From Camelus dromedarius (Eukaryota): a DNA stretch of 64,000 bases. The translations under genes were made by a program, and so were the position numbers. Each line of letters starts with the position of its first letter. The stretch's first letter is position 1. The notes under the pieces are model-generated. The model was not told where the DNA came from. It ran no database searches and saw only the letters and a list, made by a program, of their open reading frames with translations. The stretch covers positions 62,188,001-62,252,000 of the forward strand of contig NC_087437.1 of assembly GCF_036321535.1 (NCBI RefSeq), in the 5' to 3' direction. Positions 26,276 through 38,458 of this stretch are shown piece by piece.

Positions 26276-28266
26276 TTCTGTGGGCTGTATTATTAATCCA
26301 TTTTACAGGTGAGGATACACAGACACAGAGAAATGATTTCCCCAAGGTCACCCAGACAGAAAATGGTGAACCCTATTGCTTCCCACGTGCTTTGGAGAGG
26401 ACGCTGGTAGGGAAGACACACGTTTGTGCCGAGCTGCCCCTGCCCCAGAGGCCAGCGTTTGAATGTCCCATTATTCGACACCGCCTGTCTCAGCAGCATC
26501 TCTAAGGCTTCAAGAGGGTGGGAGACGAGTTCTGCCTCCAAGAATAGAGTGAAGAGGGGATGAAAGATTCCTACAGGAACAGCTAAATAAGGAAATCAGC
26601 CAGCCAGGTGTGGAAAAAGGGTGTGGCTTTGGAAATCAGGCAGAAGATAAGGAGAGGTAGCCAGAGTGCTGTGCTAGGCTCCCAATAAATGTTCATCCTA
26701 ACTTGACAACAGTCCTGCAAGGTAAATAATCTTATCCCCATTTGCAGATGAGGAGACCAAGGTGCAGAGCGACTGCCTCCAAACAGCAACAGATGGTGGC
26801 AGATAAAGTTAAGTCCTTTAGCGCATGGATGTGCTATCTCACTGAAAAAGAAAAATAATACATTTATGAACTTTAAAAAAGAAAGAAAATGGGCAGCAGA
26901 GAAACAACCACACTATAAATGGAAAGAGAAAGTTGAAGGTTTCTAAGGCCCTGGATGGAAAAGCTCCCAGGAGGAAGCTTAGAAGTTCCTTAAGAAAAAG
27001 CAAGTAGTCGTTTAAGGAACAACTAACAGAAAACAGAAAACTTAGAAAAACTATTAGGCTTTTGCTTTCCCTTACAAATTCTCATTTTCAGGATCAAAAA
27101 AGAAAATAGGACGGGAAGTGGGGCTGTGATAACAGGCAAGAGGTGAAGGCTTTGCTCTGTGTGCGCCATGGTGGGTGGAGGGGGTGGGGAGGAGAGAAAG
27201 AGGACCACTGTCTTGCAGATGTCCGTAAGTGGTTAACTGACATTTGTACTGGCTATTTTAATCAAGAGTTGATTTTAGGGATGCTCATGAGGTCAGTTTC
27301 TCTCCTGGACATCCGTATGTGTTGTCAGGCCAGACGTTTGAGCCAGGGCACCAAGCCCACGCCCCCAGTTCACCTGGTGCCACCCAACCAAACCGTGAGC
27401 CTAATGCCAATGCTCAGGAAGGCCTGGATGGCGCTGGAGGTTTAGCCTCAGCAGCCCACGCCGGTAAAGTCACAGCCGACACCATCACCCTTACGTGGTA
27501 AAGCTTAGACAGTGAAGAGACGCGAAAAGGCCTTAGGGCTAGGGTGAAGACCAAGTCAGAAGGCTTTACCGTATGAAGAAAGCTGTTGCCTAAGTCACAT
27601 GGTAACAAGGTGTGGCCCACATCATCATCCTGATACAGGGAGAGAACATGGTTTGGGGTAGAGCAGTTTACCGCTTCCTGGAACTGCCAGCTCAAGACCA
27701 AAGAGGAGGGGAAATGCCCGGGACCAGGCACAGACTAGTGATTTGGAACAGGTGATGGAAATACCTGTGGGTAAACCAATGTGTAGTACTGATTATACGT
27801 TGTGCTGGTGATAAGTTCCGCACTCTTGTGGGGGAGGTAACCCCAAATTAATCATGCAGTTATTCCGTTTTAAAAAGGAAAATCCAAAAGAACACCCATG
27901 GGTGTCAGAAAGAAATGGAGAGACTATATGACATGGTGGAAATAACTCTGACTTGAGATCAGGAAGCGTGAAGATGAGTGCTGGTTCCGCCAGCAACTAG
28001 CTTGAAAACGTGAGCAAAATCTCATCCTCTCTTTGGGCCTCAGTTTCCTCATCTGTAAAAATAAAAGATTGGAGTCGAGGATCTCTAGGACCCCTTCCAG
28101 CTTAAGAATCATTTATTCTAATTAGCCATTTTAAAGAATTTTAGGAAGCCTAAAAAGAGAAGTATAAAGATCAAATAGGAATTACAAAATGAACACTTGG
28201 TGCTTCATAAAATGTGCTCCATGAAACACTAATAATGAATAAAATGTTTCATTAAAAAAATGTTCA

Positions 28267-28410
28267 GGGGGAGGGTATAGCTCAAGTATTAGAATGCATG
28301 CTCAGCATGCATGAGGTCCTGGGTTCAATCCCTGGTATAGCCATTAAATAAACAATTAAATAAATAGACCTAATTACCTCCTCCCACCAAAACAAAGCAA
28401 AAACAAAAAC
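28267..28410 (+). mobile_element. tRNA-Ala-derived SINE (Vic-1-like)
   Basis: GGGGGAGGGTATAGCTCAAGT...GGTTCAATCCC head, 'ctaattacctcc' segment and A-rich tail; degenerate TSD aaatgttca/aagtgttta. Confidence 0.88.
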
Positions 28411-29229
28411 AAGTGTTTAATTGTCAAAGAAATTTTGGGAAATACTGTGTGCTACACATTTCTTTTCTTAGAGATAGACAATGAAAATTAGCATATTACC
28501 TGTCCCAGGAAGTCCAGAATCTCTCTAATACTGTTTAATCAAGGTTTTTCCAACTTTTTTTTTCTCTGTGGAACCCTTTTTTAAATGCAATATTTATAAA
28601 TATCTGGACACTAATATTCTGAGAAATAGTGTCTGTTCTGCTACACTGACCCTAAGTCTAGTTATAACATTAATGATATTATTTTAAAATTGTACCAGAA
28701 GCAGAAAGAAAGCAAACCAGAGAATCTCTATAACACTTGACAAGCATAGGTAAAAAGTATAAAATCAAAATAATTTTTCTAGATCTTACTGGCAAGCAAG
28801 ACGTTTATAATCCACCAGAACTAGAGATGATCTGCTCAGGAATTGTGTAGTCCCACAAGGGACAAGTTCTGGGAGCAACAGCCACAGGGTGCAAACTGAT
28901 GTAGCGGGTGTGCCCAGGACACCCCCACTACCCCGGTGGGAGTGACCCCGAGGCTTTCTATCTGGTGCCTGTTGCCGCCATCTCCTTGTCTCTGGCGCTG
29001 TGTGTCCACAGTACTGACTACCTAGTTTTTGGCTTCTCTGTTTTATCTAAAGCCCACTTCCTGGCTGTCTGCATCTGGCCCATCCCTGAGGGTGGCCTGT
29101 GTCAGTGTCAGCTGTTTCTGTTCCCACTGACCAGGATCCCCGCGTACCTGACACCAGGCCAGCTAGTAGGACGTCTCGTCAAAGGCTGGGTCATCAGCTG
29201 TGTCAGGGATTGTGGGGGAGAAGAAAAGG

Positions 29230-29625
29230 GCATTTGTTTGTTATGAATACAGAACCTGTTTGGAAGCAGGAAGCAATTAGGATTAATCAATCACTTTCCT
29301 AGACAGAAGCATATATAGCAATGGAGTTCTCATGGGTCCTCATTTCTTAACTTTTGTAAATGATCTGAAGGAAGGAGTACAAAATGACATGACAAACTAT
29401 AGGAGGTACTGAAATGGCGAAGAATAAAGAGCAGTGTGTAATCTCACAAAGCCGAATGAAAGGGCATAAAATTGCCAGGGGCTTGGGGCAGGATGAGGTC
29501 ATTGTAGATGGTGGGAAGCAGTGTGGCCAGGCAGGTGAGACAGTAAACCTGGTGACAGGTGGAACCTTGGCAGAGGGTCAGAATTTGGGACAAAAGGGGT
29601 GGTATTAGTGGATGAAGTTAGCGGG
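29230..29625 (+). mobile_element. CR1/L3 LINE reverse-transcriptase relic
   Basis: 29353-29379 translates FVNDLKEGV (compare CR1 FINDLDEG), followed by a degenerate DDTKLGG-like segment. Confidence 0.55.
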
Positions 29626-29859
29626 CCCTGGGAATCAGGTAAATGTGGAGATCTGGCCAGGGATGCCCTTGGTATCAGATCATTCTGGTAGCAAGTAGTG
29701 TGACCCTGGCCCTTGAACAGAGCCTCCATGACAGATGTGGTCCCAGGAGCTCTGGTCAGAGTAAGCAGGTCCTTGGCATTCCTCTTCTGATCCAAATAAG
29801 ACCTGCCCATTATAAAAATAAAAGTGTAGAGGTGCTTGTAATACAAAGCAATAGTCTCT

Positions 29860-32800
29860 GATCCCACCCCTCACCACCCAAAGGACCCCTCCATAGGGGC
29901 AACCACTTTTAATCATTTTTAATACTTTGGGAGCTAACTGTATCACCAAACAATATGCCTATACCCATAACTCGATTAATCTGTTGACTCCATGCTAAGA
30001 AGTATAGCAGATCTAGCTTACTTACGTATTCCTCTATCCACTTCCCAAAGTTTTATAGTTATATTTTTATTTTTAGTTGCCTTTATAACTTTAAATAATA
30101 CACTTCAATCTCTGTTTTATCATTTCTAGGCTACATCTCTTTACTCCTTATTGCTGGTGTGGGAAATGTTTTAAGAATAATGTATTAGAGTCATATGTAT
30201 TTTAAATGTAACAAAGAATGCTTTAGTTATCTTAAGGGAATCCCTGATTTTAAGGAAAACTGAATGATCCTTTTATCCTTCCGTTTTAGAGCAGTATCAG
30301 GGAAGCCGTAACAAGTTGATCATGAGCAGGTGAGCAGGCACAATCTCATGAAAGCTGTAGTTTACAACTTGAAGTGAACAGTTTCACTCACACACACACT
30401 GTATTCGATTTTGAGTCTTAAGGTTCAAGTCAACAGTCTTTGGAACTTCAAAGACAAAGTGCTCAATGTTCTTGGAAATTTCTGTGATTTTCTTAGCAAA
30501 TGCTTAGAAACTGCCTTTTATGGTGACAAGATACAGAATAAGTACAGCATTAACTTAAAATGTATTGCAACTGGTATGTAAATATTTGCCAGTCTTAATG
30601 GTTAACTCACCTTTCAGGTTTTCTTACTAAACTAATTAAATCTTGTTAGCATTCAAGCCAGTCCTGAGTGAGGATCTTGGGCCTTATATTTTATTTCCCA
30701 CCCTACAGTGCCTTTTCTCTTCCGTCTATTTCTCTTCCCTCATTTCATTTCCCAGTAGCCGTTAGCTGTAGCCTTACTGTAACTTTAGAAGGTGAAAAAC
30801 AATAAACATGTACACTATTATGACTATGATTATGTAGCTGCTGTTCACTGAAGAGCCAAGAGGTGGGCTAGAATTCTTATTTCTTTTGCTGCAATTCTGA
30901 TGCAGTCCTTGTGTCAGTTAAGGGAGAATGTTCCTAATATTGTGGCCAAAGGGTTAATTTTTTTTAAAGTTCATTAGTTGTTTAAAATCATGTCATATTT
31001 TAGTTTGCTTTGTATTTAGACCTTGACTTTCTTGTTCACTTTTCCTAGAATTTCAATAAACTTTTTTTTTCTCGTTGACAAAGTGTGCAGTCAGCATATC
31101 CTTAAAATCATTCAGTTTGTTACTCATACTGTCCATTGTGTTGAATCTAATTCCTATCAAGAGGCATCCCTCTTGGGACCCCCATGCTTCTGCTTTAATC
31201 CCTGTGGGTTTCTCTGCTGTACAACTGTTATTCTTGGATTTTATTCATTTCCTGAGTTATCACCACTATTTTCTGAATCTCATATTTTCCTCCTCCATGG
31301 TTTACATCCTCCTTTTGCTGGAGTACATGCTTTGGTAGCTTCCTCAGAAACGATATATGGGAGGTAAATTTTCTGAGCCCTTGTTTGCTTAACTTTACTT
31401 TCACTTAATTGGTAATCTGGCTAAAACTCTAGTTTCAAAAGAGTTTTTCCTTGGAATTTAAAAATCAGTGCTCCATTGTTTTCTAACATTCACTGTTGCT
31501 GATGAGAAGTCTGATGCTAGTCAAATTTCTGTTCCTTTGTAAGTGTTCAGTTTTTATCTTTGAAAATAATAGGGTTTCTCCTGAAATTGTGCAAGTGATG
31601 CATTTAGATATAGACTTTTTTGTTGTTGTTCTTTGTGCTGTCTACTTTATGGGACATTTCAATCTACCTGAAGACTTGTATCTTCCTCAGTTTGGAGATA
31701 TTTATTTCTATTATTTGTCTGGTTGTTTTGTTTTCTCTGTTCTCTGTTTTTGAATCTTCTGTTACTTGGATATTGTAACTCCCCTCCCAGATTTCTTCTC
31801 TATTTCTCCTACTCTTTGCTCAAAATTTCTACCCTTTCATCTTTCTGTTTACATTCTGGGACATTTCCTTAACTTTATCTTTTAGATCTTCCACTGCGTG
31901 TTAAATTTTAGTGATCATGTTTTTAATTTCCAAAAGTTGTCCTTAGGTTATTTTTTGTTTTTCTTAGCATCTTGCTTTATAGGTAGAATATTCTTCTTGG
32001 ATGTGTCTGGAGTTACTAATTAGTGTTTTCTTCAAAATTCTCTTTGTGTCTTGATTATATATTTCTTGCAGCCCAGGTGGCTCTATTTTTATCATACATG
32101 TATTTATGTATTTGTTGCTGGTTTTCATTATACACTTGGCAATCTTTGGTCGCTGGCGTGGGTTCCCTGCTGCAGTGTGTGGGGGTGGGGCTCCCTGATG
32201 GGGTTCTTCCTTCATGGGAGAGCTGACTGCAGTACGTTTGTGAGTGTGGCTGGCTCTTGAGGGCTTCGTTTGGGGTGTGAACATCCACACTAGCAGCCTG
32301 GTTTTCCTCAGGCAACTTAATTAGATCCTCTAGAGAAGTATTCCAAGCCTTTCTTTTCCTTCCCTTTTACTCCGTATCATTCCCCCCATTTTCTGTGTCC
32401 CAGACATCTGTGGAAACCTTTCATCTACTTAAGGCTCCCCCTCCCAATCCTCTTTGCTTTTAGGCATGTATCCATTTTTCCCCTTTACTACCTTTTTAAT
32501 AGGATCTAGGAGGGAGGGGTAGGAGAAGAAAGAAAATATGCCTAACATGCCATTTTAAACAAAAAGACCTTTAAAAATGATTTTTCCCTCATTTCAAAGT
32601 GATCACTATAGAAAATTGAGAAAGTCAAGATAAGCAATAAAATAAAAAAGGATCTGTTTTTCTATCACCCAGAAATAACATTGTTAACATTTTGAAAACT
32701 TTTTCCTTTCTCTTCACATCTATTTCATCTGTTTTTTTCTTTTACAACAATGGGATCAGAGCACATGTACTGCTTTCAACTATGCCTCTGAAAATGAAAC

Positions 32801-33050
32801 GATAGTTTTGAAGTTTCTCTCCATGTCACAGCATATCCCTGACGATACTGGAGACCTGGTATTTACTGAGAATAGGGGATACATCATCACTTATTTAGCC
32901 AATCCTCTATTTTTAGATATTAGGTTGTTTGTAATTTTCACTATTATAAACAAGTATTTATAAACACTTTTGGATAAATCTTCACTCATATCGTTGACTG
33001 TTTACTTAGGATACAACCCTAGTAGTGGAATTGCTGGGTCAAAGTCCAGG
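29860..33050 (-). mobile_element. Old L1-family relics (HAL1/L1M-like), interrupted at ~30154-30666
   Basis: T-rich antisense L1 pattern ('ctgttgctgatgagaagtctgatgctagtc', 'agtagtggaattgctgggtcaaag'); similar to 48750-51050. Confidence 0.6.
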
Positions 33051-33189
33051 CACATCCCTGTCTTGGTCCAACACTCAGGCTACTCTGTGAAAGAGGTCCA
33101 CTATAACTCTCTGGCCCCATCTTTCACTTCACTCTCCTTCACTTGAGTCACCTCAAACATTATAGCAGAGCCCAGGGTTGACTTTGGGT

Positions 33190-33208
33190 TGGCCCCTAGG
33201 TGGCAGAG
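33190..33208 (+). promoter_or_regulatory. Candidate CTCF site
   Basis: TGGCCCCTAGGTGGCAGAG has one mismatch to the core CCASYAGRKGGCRS. Motif only. Confidence 0.4.
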
Positions 33209-33585
33209 AGCCAAGCCAAGTGTGAAGAGGCCAGCAGTGGCCTTGACCACTTACTGAATGTGTGACCTTAGGCTATTTTAATTAACCTCATTTAGCACTA
33301 GTTTCCTTTTCTGTAAAATAGGGGAAATAATTCTGCTTTTCTCGTGTGATAGTTGCAAAGATTAAACAAGATAAAAAATGCCCGAAAAGCATTTAGCACA
33401 GGCCCTGTTGGGTGCAAAGTGTTCATAAATCCGTAATGATGGGGTTAGACCCATTCTTCTCCCTAAGCCCACGTACGTCTTTCTTCAAGGCCACATTGAG
33501 ATGCACCGCCCCGCTGTGAGGCTTGTAGAGCACATGTGGGCTGGACCTGCATTTGATGTTCGGAACACGTTGTCTTATTGGTTTC

Positions 33586-33632
<47 letters not shown>
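33586..33632. repeat. Interrupted (GT)n microsatellite
   Basis: Read directly from the sequence. Confidence 0.95.
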
Positions 33633-33633
<1 letters not shown>

Positions 33634-34296
33634 AGGTGATGTCCTCACCATCTCACACTGTGCTTTCCCTCCCTGTCATGACTAGCTGCTTTAATGAGCA
33701 TTCATGGAGAATGGAGTTGATGATGAAGAGGAACTTGGCACTCAGTGCTGGTGGCATTGGGATGGTTCTTTGCAGTTTGTTAGAGTTCTTTGGCAGCTCA
33801 GGAGCTTTGAATGTGGCCACTGGCTCTGAATATTGGGTGGGATGTACCCCCAGGACCCCTGAGCCCCAGTGTAGTCTGCAGGCAGCAGAGGAGAGGAACT
33901 CTGCTGAGCAGGTGGTGACAGGCACTTTGCTAAGTCTGAGCGTCTCTTGGGCGTTGCCCGGCAGGATGGCAGAGCTCAGAGCTCAGCATGTGGCCTCGGG
34001 ACCTTTGTGTGGCCTGCCAGATGGCCCCTGGCTCTCACTATTTTGCACTGGGCCATAGGTGCTTTTGTAGCTGGTAGGGCTGTCCTCTCCAGCATCACCC
34101 AACCCACAAAGGTCCCTTTCATGCCCGCCCTAAGGATTCCTCCCCCGTTGCCAGGGGAGATTGAGAAGTGTAGTTTGCAGAGCTGCCGATGGGAGGGCTT
34201 GCCCTGGAATCTCCTCCAGGAGAGGGCCCCGAGGAGGGCAAGGTGGTTCATGGAATACACCGCTCACCCCTCTCTTCCATCTGGGTGTCTTTTCAG

Positions 34297-34384
34297 GAGT
34301 CATGGCCGGCTTCAACATGGGGGGCGACCTCAGGGAGCCCGCTGCCAGCATCCCCCTGGGCTCCCTCGCAGCTGTTGGCATCTC
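34297..34384 (+). CDS. SLC12A8: SLC12A8 internal coding exon (~exon 7), 88 nt, phase 1/2
   Basis: Acceptor tcttttcag| and donor TC|gtaagt. Encodes (G)VMAGFNMGGDLREPAASIPLGSLAAVGI(S), continuing the TM6 'GxxAGxNxxGDL' motif in frame. Confidence 0.97.
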
Positions 34385-35934
34385 GTAAGTCCTCCTTGTG
34401 GCAGTCAGCTGGAGAGAGGAGAGAAAACCCCAGGGAGAAGAAGGGATTGCTCCTTTTGTTCTAAGAGTGCCCTGACTGTGACCAATCTATTCTATATTCC
34501 AATCCTCCTTTTAACACTCAGCCAGCTGGAAAATCCACGTCTGGTGGGTTCAGACGATTGCCCTTTCATACCCCCTGCCTGGGAATGCGGTGAGGAGGAG
34601 GGTCGCCTTAACGCAGATTGCAGATCGCAGGTCGAATCCTTTCTTTCCTTTTTCCTCGGCCTCCTGCCCCACCCCCTTCAGAACTTGGGGCTTTTGTAAC
34701 CATTGAGTTTCAAGGATCATTGCAGGGACTATAAAGAGGTAGAGTTTTGTAATCAGACAGACTAGGTTTTGTGTCCCAGCTCTGCTGCTAGTTGGCTGCA
34801 TGAGTTCAGGGAATTTGCTTAACTCTCTGAGCCTCCTTTTTTTCCTCTGTAAAATGGGATGATGAGAAAATGTGTGCCCCATAGACTGCAGGGGAGACAC
34901 TGTGTGTAAAGGCACATAGTAGGAACTCAAAGGCTTGCTCTCCTCGTCCCCCTGTGCCTCCCCTGCACTGCCCCCGGGCTGGCAGGCTTCCTTGGCTTAG
35001 TTCAGACTGCACCACCCATGGGAGCAGGCTGGGTGCCTTGGGCCTGTTTCTGACTTGCTAGAATCTTCTGTCTCCTCTCTCTTCCACTGGAAGAAGCTCC
35101 TCTGCCTTCACTGGGTGGGCGTGAAAGGTAATGAGACCCCAGACATGACAAGGGCCCAAAAGGGTTAAAGTGCGTTATTTTAACTGTGATGTTTAAAACA
35201 TGCTAATATGTCGATTTCACCGATGCTGAATTTGCTTTTAACTTGTTGTACACTGTTGCTCCTAAGCCATGCACACGGCACCCGTCTATTTTGTGCCAAG
35301 AAAATGATGCCCAGAGACAGAGAGAGAGAGAAAGTGAGTTAGAGTCTGGTGTGGTGAAAGAAAGGAAAGAAAGGGCCCTGCCTTGGTTTTGTCACAGCTG
35401 GGAAGCCACCAGAGGAGCCTTTGGCCCCTCCTCCCCCTGCCCAGATGGGAATGAAGCCACAGGGAGCATGTGACTTGTTCGAGGTCACAGGGCACCTGGG
35501 GGCAGAGCCAGGTCACTGCTGGCCTTTTCACACTTGGCTTGGTTCTCTGTCACCTAGAGGCCAAGGAACAGCAGGACTTCAGGGCCTGAAAGATTGTCAG
35601 CTTGTTCTTCTGCATCAGGATGATGGTGTGGGGCTGCCGGTCAAGCCTGGCCTGCATCTGGGCCACCCCGAGGCCAGGTGGGCCACTCCCATCCCTGCAG
35701 CCTCTGTGTGTTTTCCTCCATAATGTAAGAAGGAGGCAAAACAGTGACATGTTTATATACCTATATGCTATATAAGAAATACACTAGAGGAGAAAGAGTA
35801 CTGAAAGTGTCCCCAGATGATCTGGGGAGGCCTCATGGTGGGCCTGTCTCCTCCCTTTGGGACAGGTCCCTGTGGGAATCCTCAGGCCGAGCGAAGTCAG
35901 GTGGTAGCTCTGTTCTGCTCTTGGGTTTTTGCAG

Positions 35935-36022
35935 GTGGTTTCTATACATAGTCTTTGTCTTCCTGCTCGGCGCCATCTGCACCCGAGAGGCCCTTCGCTA
36001 TGACTTCCTGATAGCAGAAAAG
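35935..36022 (+). CDS. SLC12A8: SLC12A8 internal coding exon (~exon 8), 88 nt, phase 2/0
   Basis: Acceptor tttttgcag| and donor AAG|gtgggt. Encodes (S)[29 protein letters not shown] (TM7). Confidence 0.97.
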
Positions 36023-38381
36023 GTGGGTGAGTCCTGCACTGCCCGGTGGGCTTAGGTTGTGGGCCATTGATTGGTTCTGAGCAGCAACAGCTGCCTCCGC
36101 CTGGCAGCCCTGCCTGGGAGTCCATGTGGCCTTGGGCCTGGGACTGAAGTACGGGGGCCAAAACCATGGAAGAGGTACAGGTCCTTCGTGTGGCTCTGTA
36201 GACCCAGGTAACAAAGGTACATGCATGCAGGTGACTAATAATAATGAGGACACGAGCATCTCTTCATGTCAAAAATCAGGGCAGAAACAAAGACTCTGGT
36301 CACCCAAAATCCCCAGCTGGAGCAGCTCTTCATTTTTGCCGATAGCCTCCCCTTCCACTGTGAGAAGACAGTGCTGCTCACAAGAAACTGGTAAGAATGG
36401 GGAGGCTGGTAGATGGAAAAGAGGACGGCCAGGTGGAGTGAGATGGAGGAAGCCCAGTGCCCAGGTGAAGGCCTGGAGGAGGCAGGGCCAGAGGCCCCTT
36501 GCCCCCTCGGCTCCCCACGGGGTGGCCCAGGTGCGTTTGGCTGCAGTATCTTTGTTTCCTGAGCCGGACACCCTGCCCGCAGAAGATTAGTGAGTTCCTC
36601 ATGTTCCACAGCTGCCCCTTAACAGGCTGGAGGTCATGGAACAGTGAAGGACTCTTGTTTGGCATCTTGAGAACCCAAGAGAATAAGACTTCCAGGCACT
36701 TTACTGGAAATCCCCTAAAACTCCTACCTTCCTTTAAGTTCCCCGGGGGGAAGGTGGGCCCTGAAATTCCTGTTCTTCGTCAGAGCAAGGTGGTAGGCTC
36801 GGGAGGTTTTCTTAGTTAACTCCTGAGTATCGCTGCTCGTTTTGGGGAGAAAGTACCCTTTTCTTTGCTGTGAGACTTTGCAAAGCAGCCTTGCTGATGC
36901 ATGAAGGGGGCACTGCTTGGGGCAACCCGGGCCAGAATCTCTAAACTTACCTTTTAGAGCTACATTTGGGCTTGATTTTCACAGGTTTCTTGATAGCACA
37001 GGTTTCTTTTTAAGGCATGTAGATGCCGGTGTTTTCTGGGGTCTTGGCCTTACCATGCAAGCAGGTTTCGAAAGGGGGAGCAGTTCAGGTAGTGAGAGCA
37101 CTGACACCCACCCCCCAGGGCCCAAGGTCTTGGACCCCCCACCTTCCCCACAACAAACAAGGTTTATCCTCAGGGCAGGAATCAATATCCCTCGTTTATA
37201 CCTCCGTGCTGGCTGCCGTCTTGTGTTTCATCTCCCGGGGGCCTTTTCTGTTACTGTGGAATGAAAACCTTGGCTGCATTAGAGGGATTAAAGGCCTCCT
37301 CGGGCAGCTGGCCCTTGGACCGAGGGAGCTGCTGGCTGCTGTCTGCAGCGTGCCAGTGGCCAGCTTGCTCTGCCCCTTCTGGAGCCGGCTCTTCCTGGTG
37401 GGGTCCCCCACGGAGGTCCTTTCAAGCCGCAAAGACTCTGATCCGGATGGAAGGAGGCAGATGGTTTCCTGGGCTGGGGCCGCTCTCTTGGCTCCTTCCC
37501 CGGCTTTGCAGGGAAGCTAGGAGTGGGCATGTGGGAGGGCAGGCAGCCTGTGTCCAAGGGAGGCCACAACGGCAAGAGAGTAAGAGCATCTCCAGGACAG
37601 CACAGGTGAGACTTCGTGGGTGGAAATTCCACCACTAATAGTAGATTCATGACCCGGGCAGAGGGGCTTGTTTGAAATGCCATCTGTCCCAGATAGTAAA
37701 ACGGTAGGCTGGCAAGGACTTTGCTGGTGGGGGGCATCTGCTGAACCCTGCCTAGCAGTAACGTGTGGAAGTGTCATTACATGCACACCCGGTAAGAGGT
37801 GGAGAGTTGGTTTTTGGAGAGGAAAAGGGCCTGGTTCCTGGAACAGGCAGTTGAAAAACCTTTAAAAGAAAGATAAGACAGGGTTCTGGATTCTCTGTAG
37901 CATGCAGGGGCTGGCACAGCAAGTAAGGGGACAGGGACGGAACCAACCAGGCTGATTCCACGAGAGTAGTGCCCTGGTAGGCTGCCCCCTGTGTCGCCTC
38001 ACAAAGGGGCCCACTCGGATTTCCCCCCAAAGCCAGGACCCCGTGTTTCTCTTTTCCTGCCCTCCTGCGTCCCTCCCTGGGGCCGACGGGGCTGCCGTCG
38101 CAGGGGCCGTACTCAGGCAGGAAGTCGGGCCACAGACAGTTGTCCCCACAGCATGTGGAGACCAGGAGGGGCAGTGTGAGAGGCTGGGAGGGACAAGTGA
38201 GTCTCCTTAGGTGGTCACTTGATATGACTTCCCACCCCTGTGTGGTGTTAATGAACTGGTCACCTCGCTGTCACTTCTTAGCTGTGGCCTGGGTTCTGAG
38301 CTGGCCCATCTCTGAGCTCCCCTGTCTAGTCTGTGTGCCCGGAGGGTCTCATGTTTGGACAACATCCGCCTCTCAAGCGCG

Positions 38382-38424
38382 CTCTCTCACTCTGTCTCTC
38401 TCTGTCTCTGTCTCTGTCTCTGTC

Positions 38425-38458
<34 letters not shown>
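38382..38458. repeat. (TCTCTG)n/(TCTG)n simple repeat
   Basis: Read directly from the sequence. Confidence 0.93.

Noticed and set aside
33947..34699. 250-aa ORF overlapping ~exon 7
   Set aside because: It is in a different frame from the true exon, shows no recognisable homology, and is best explained as a chance open frame.
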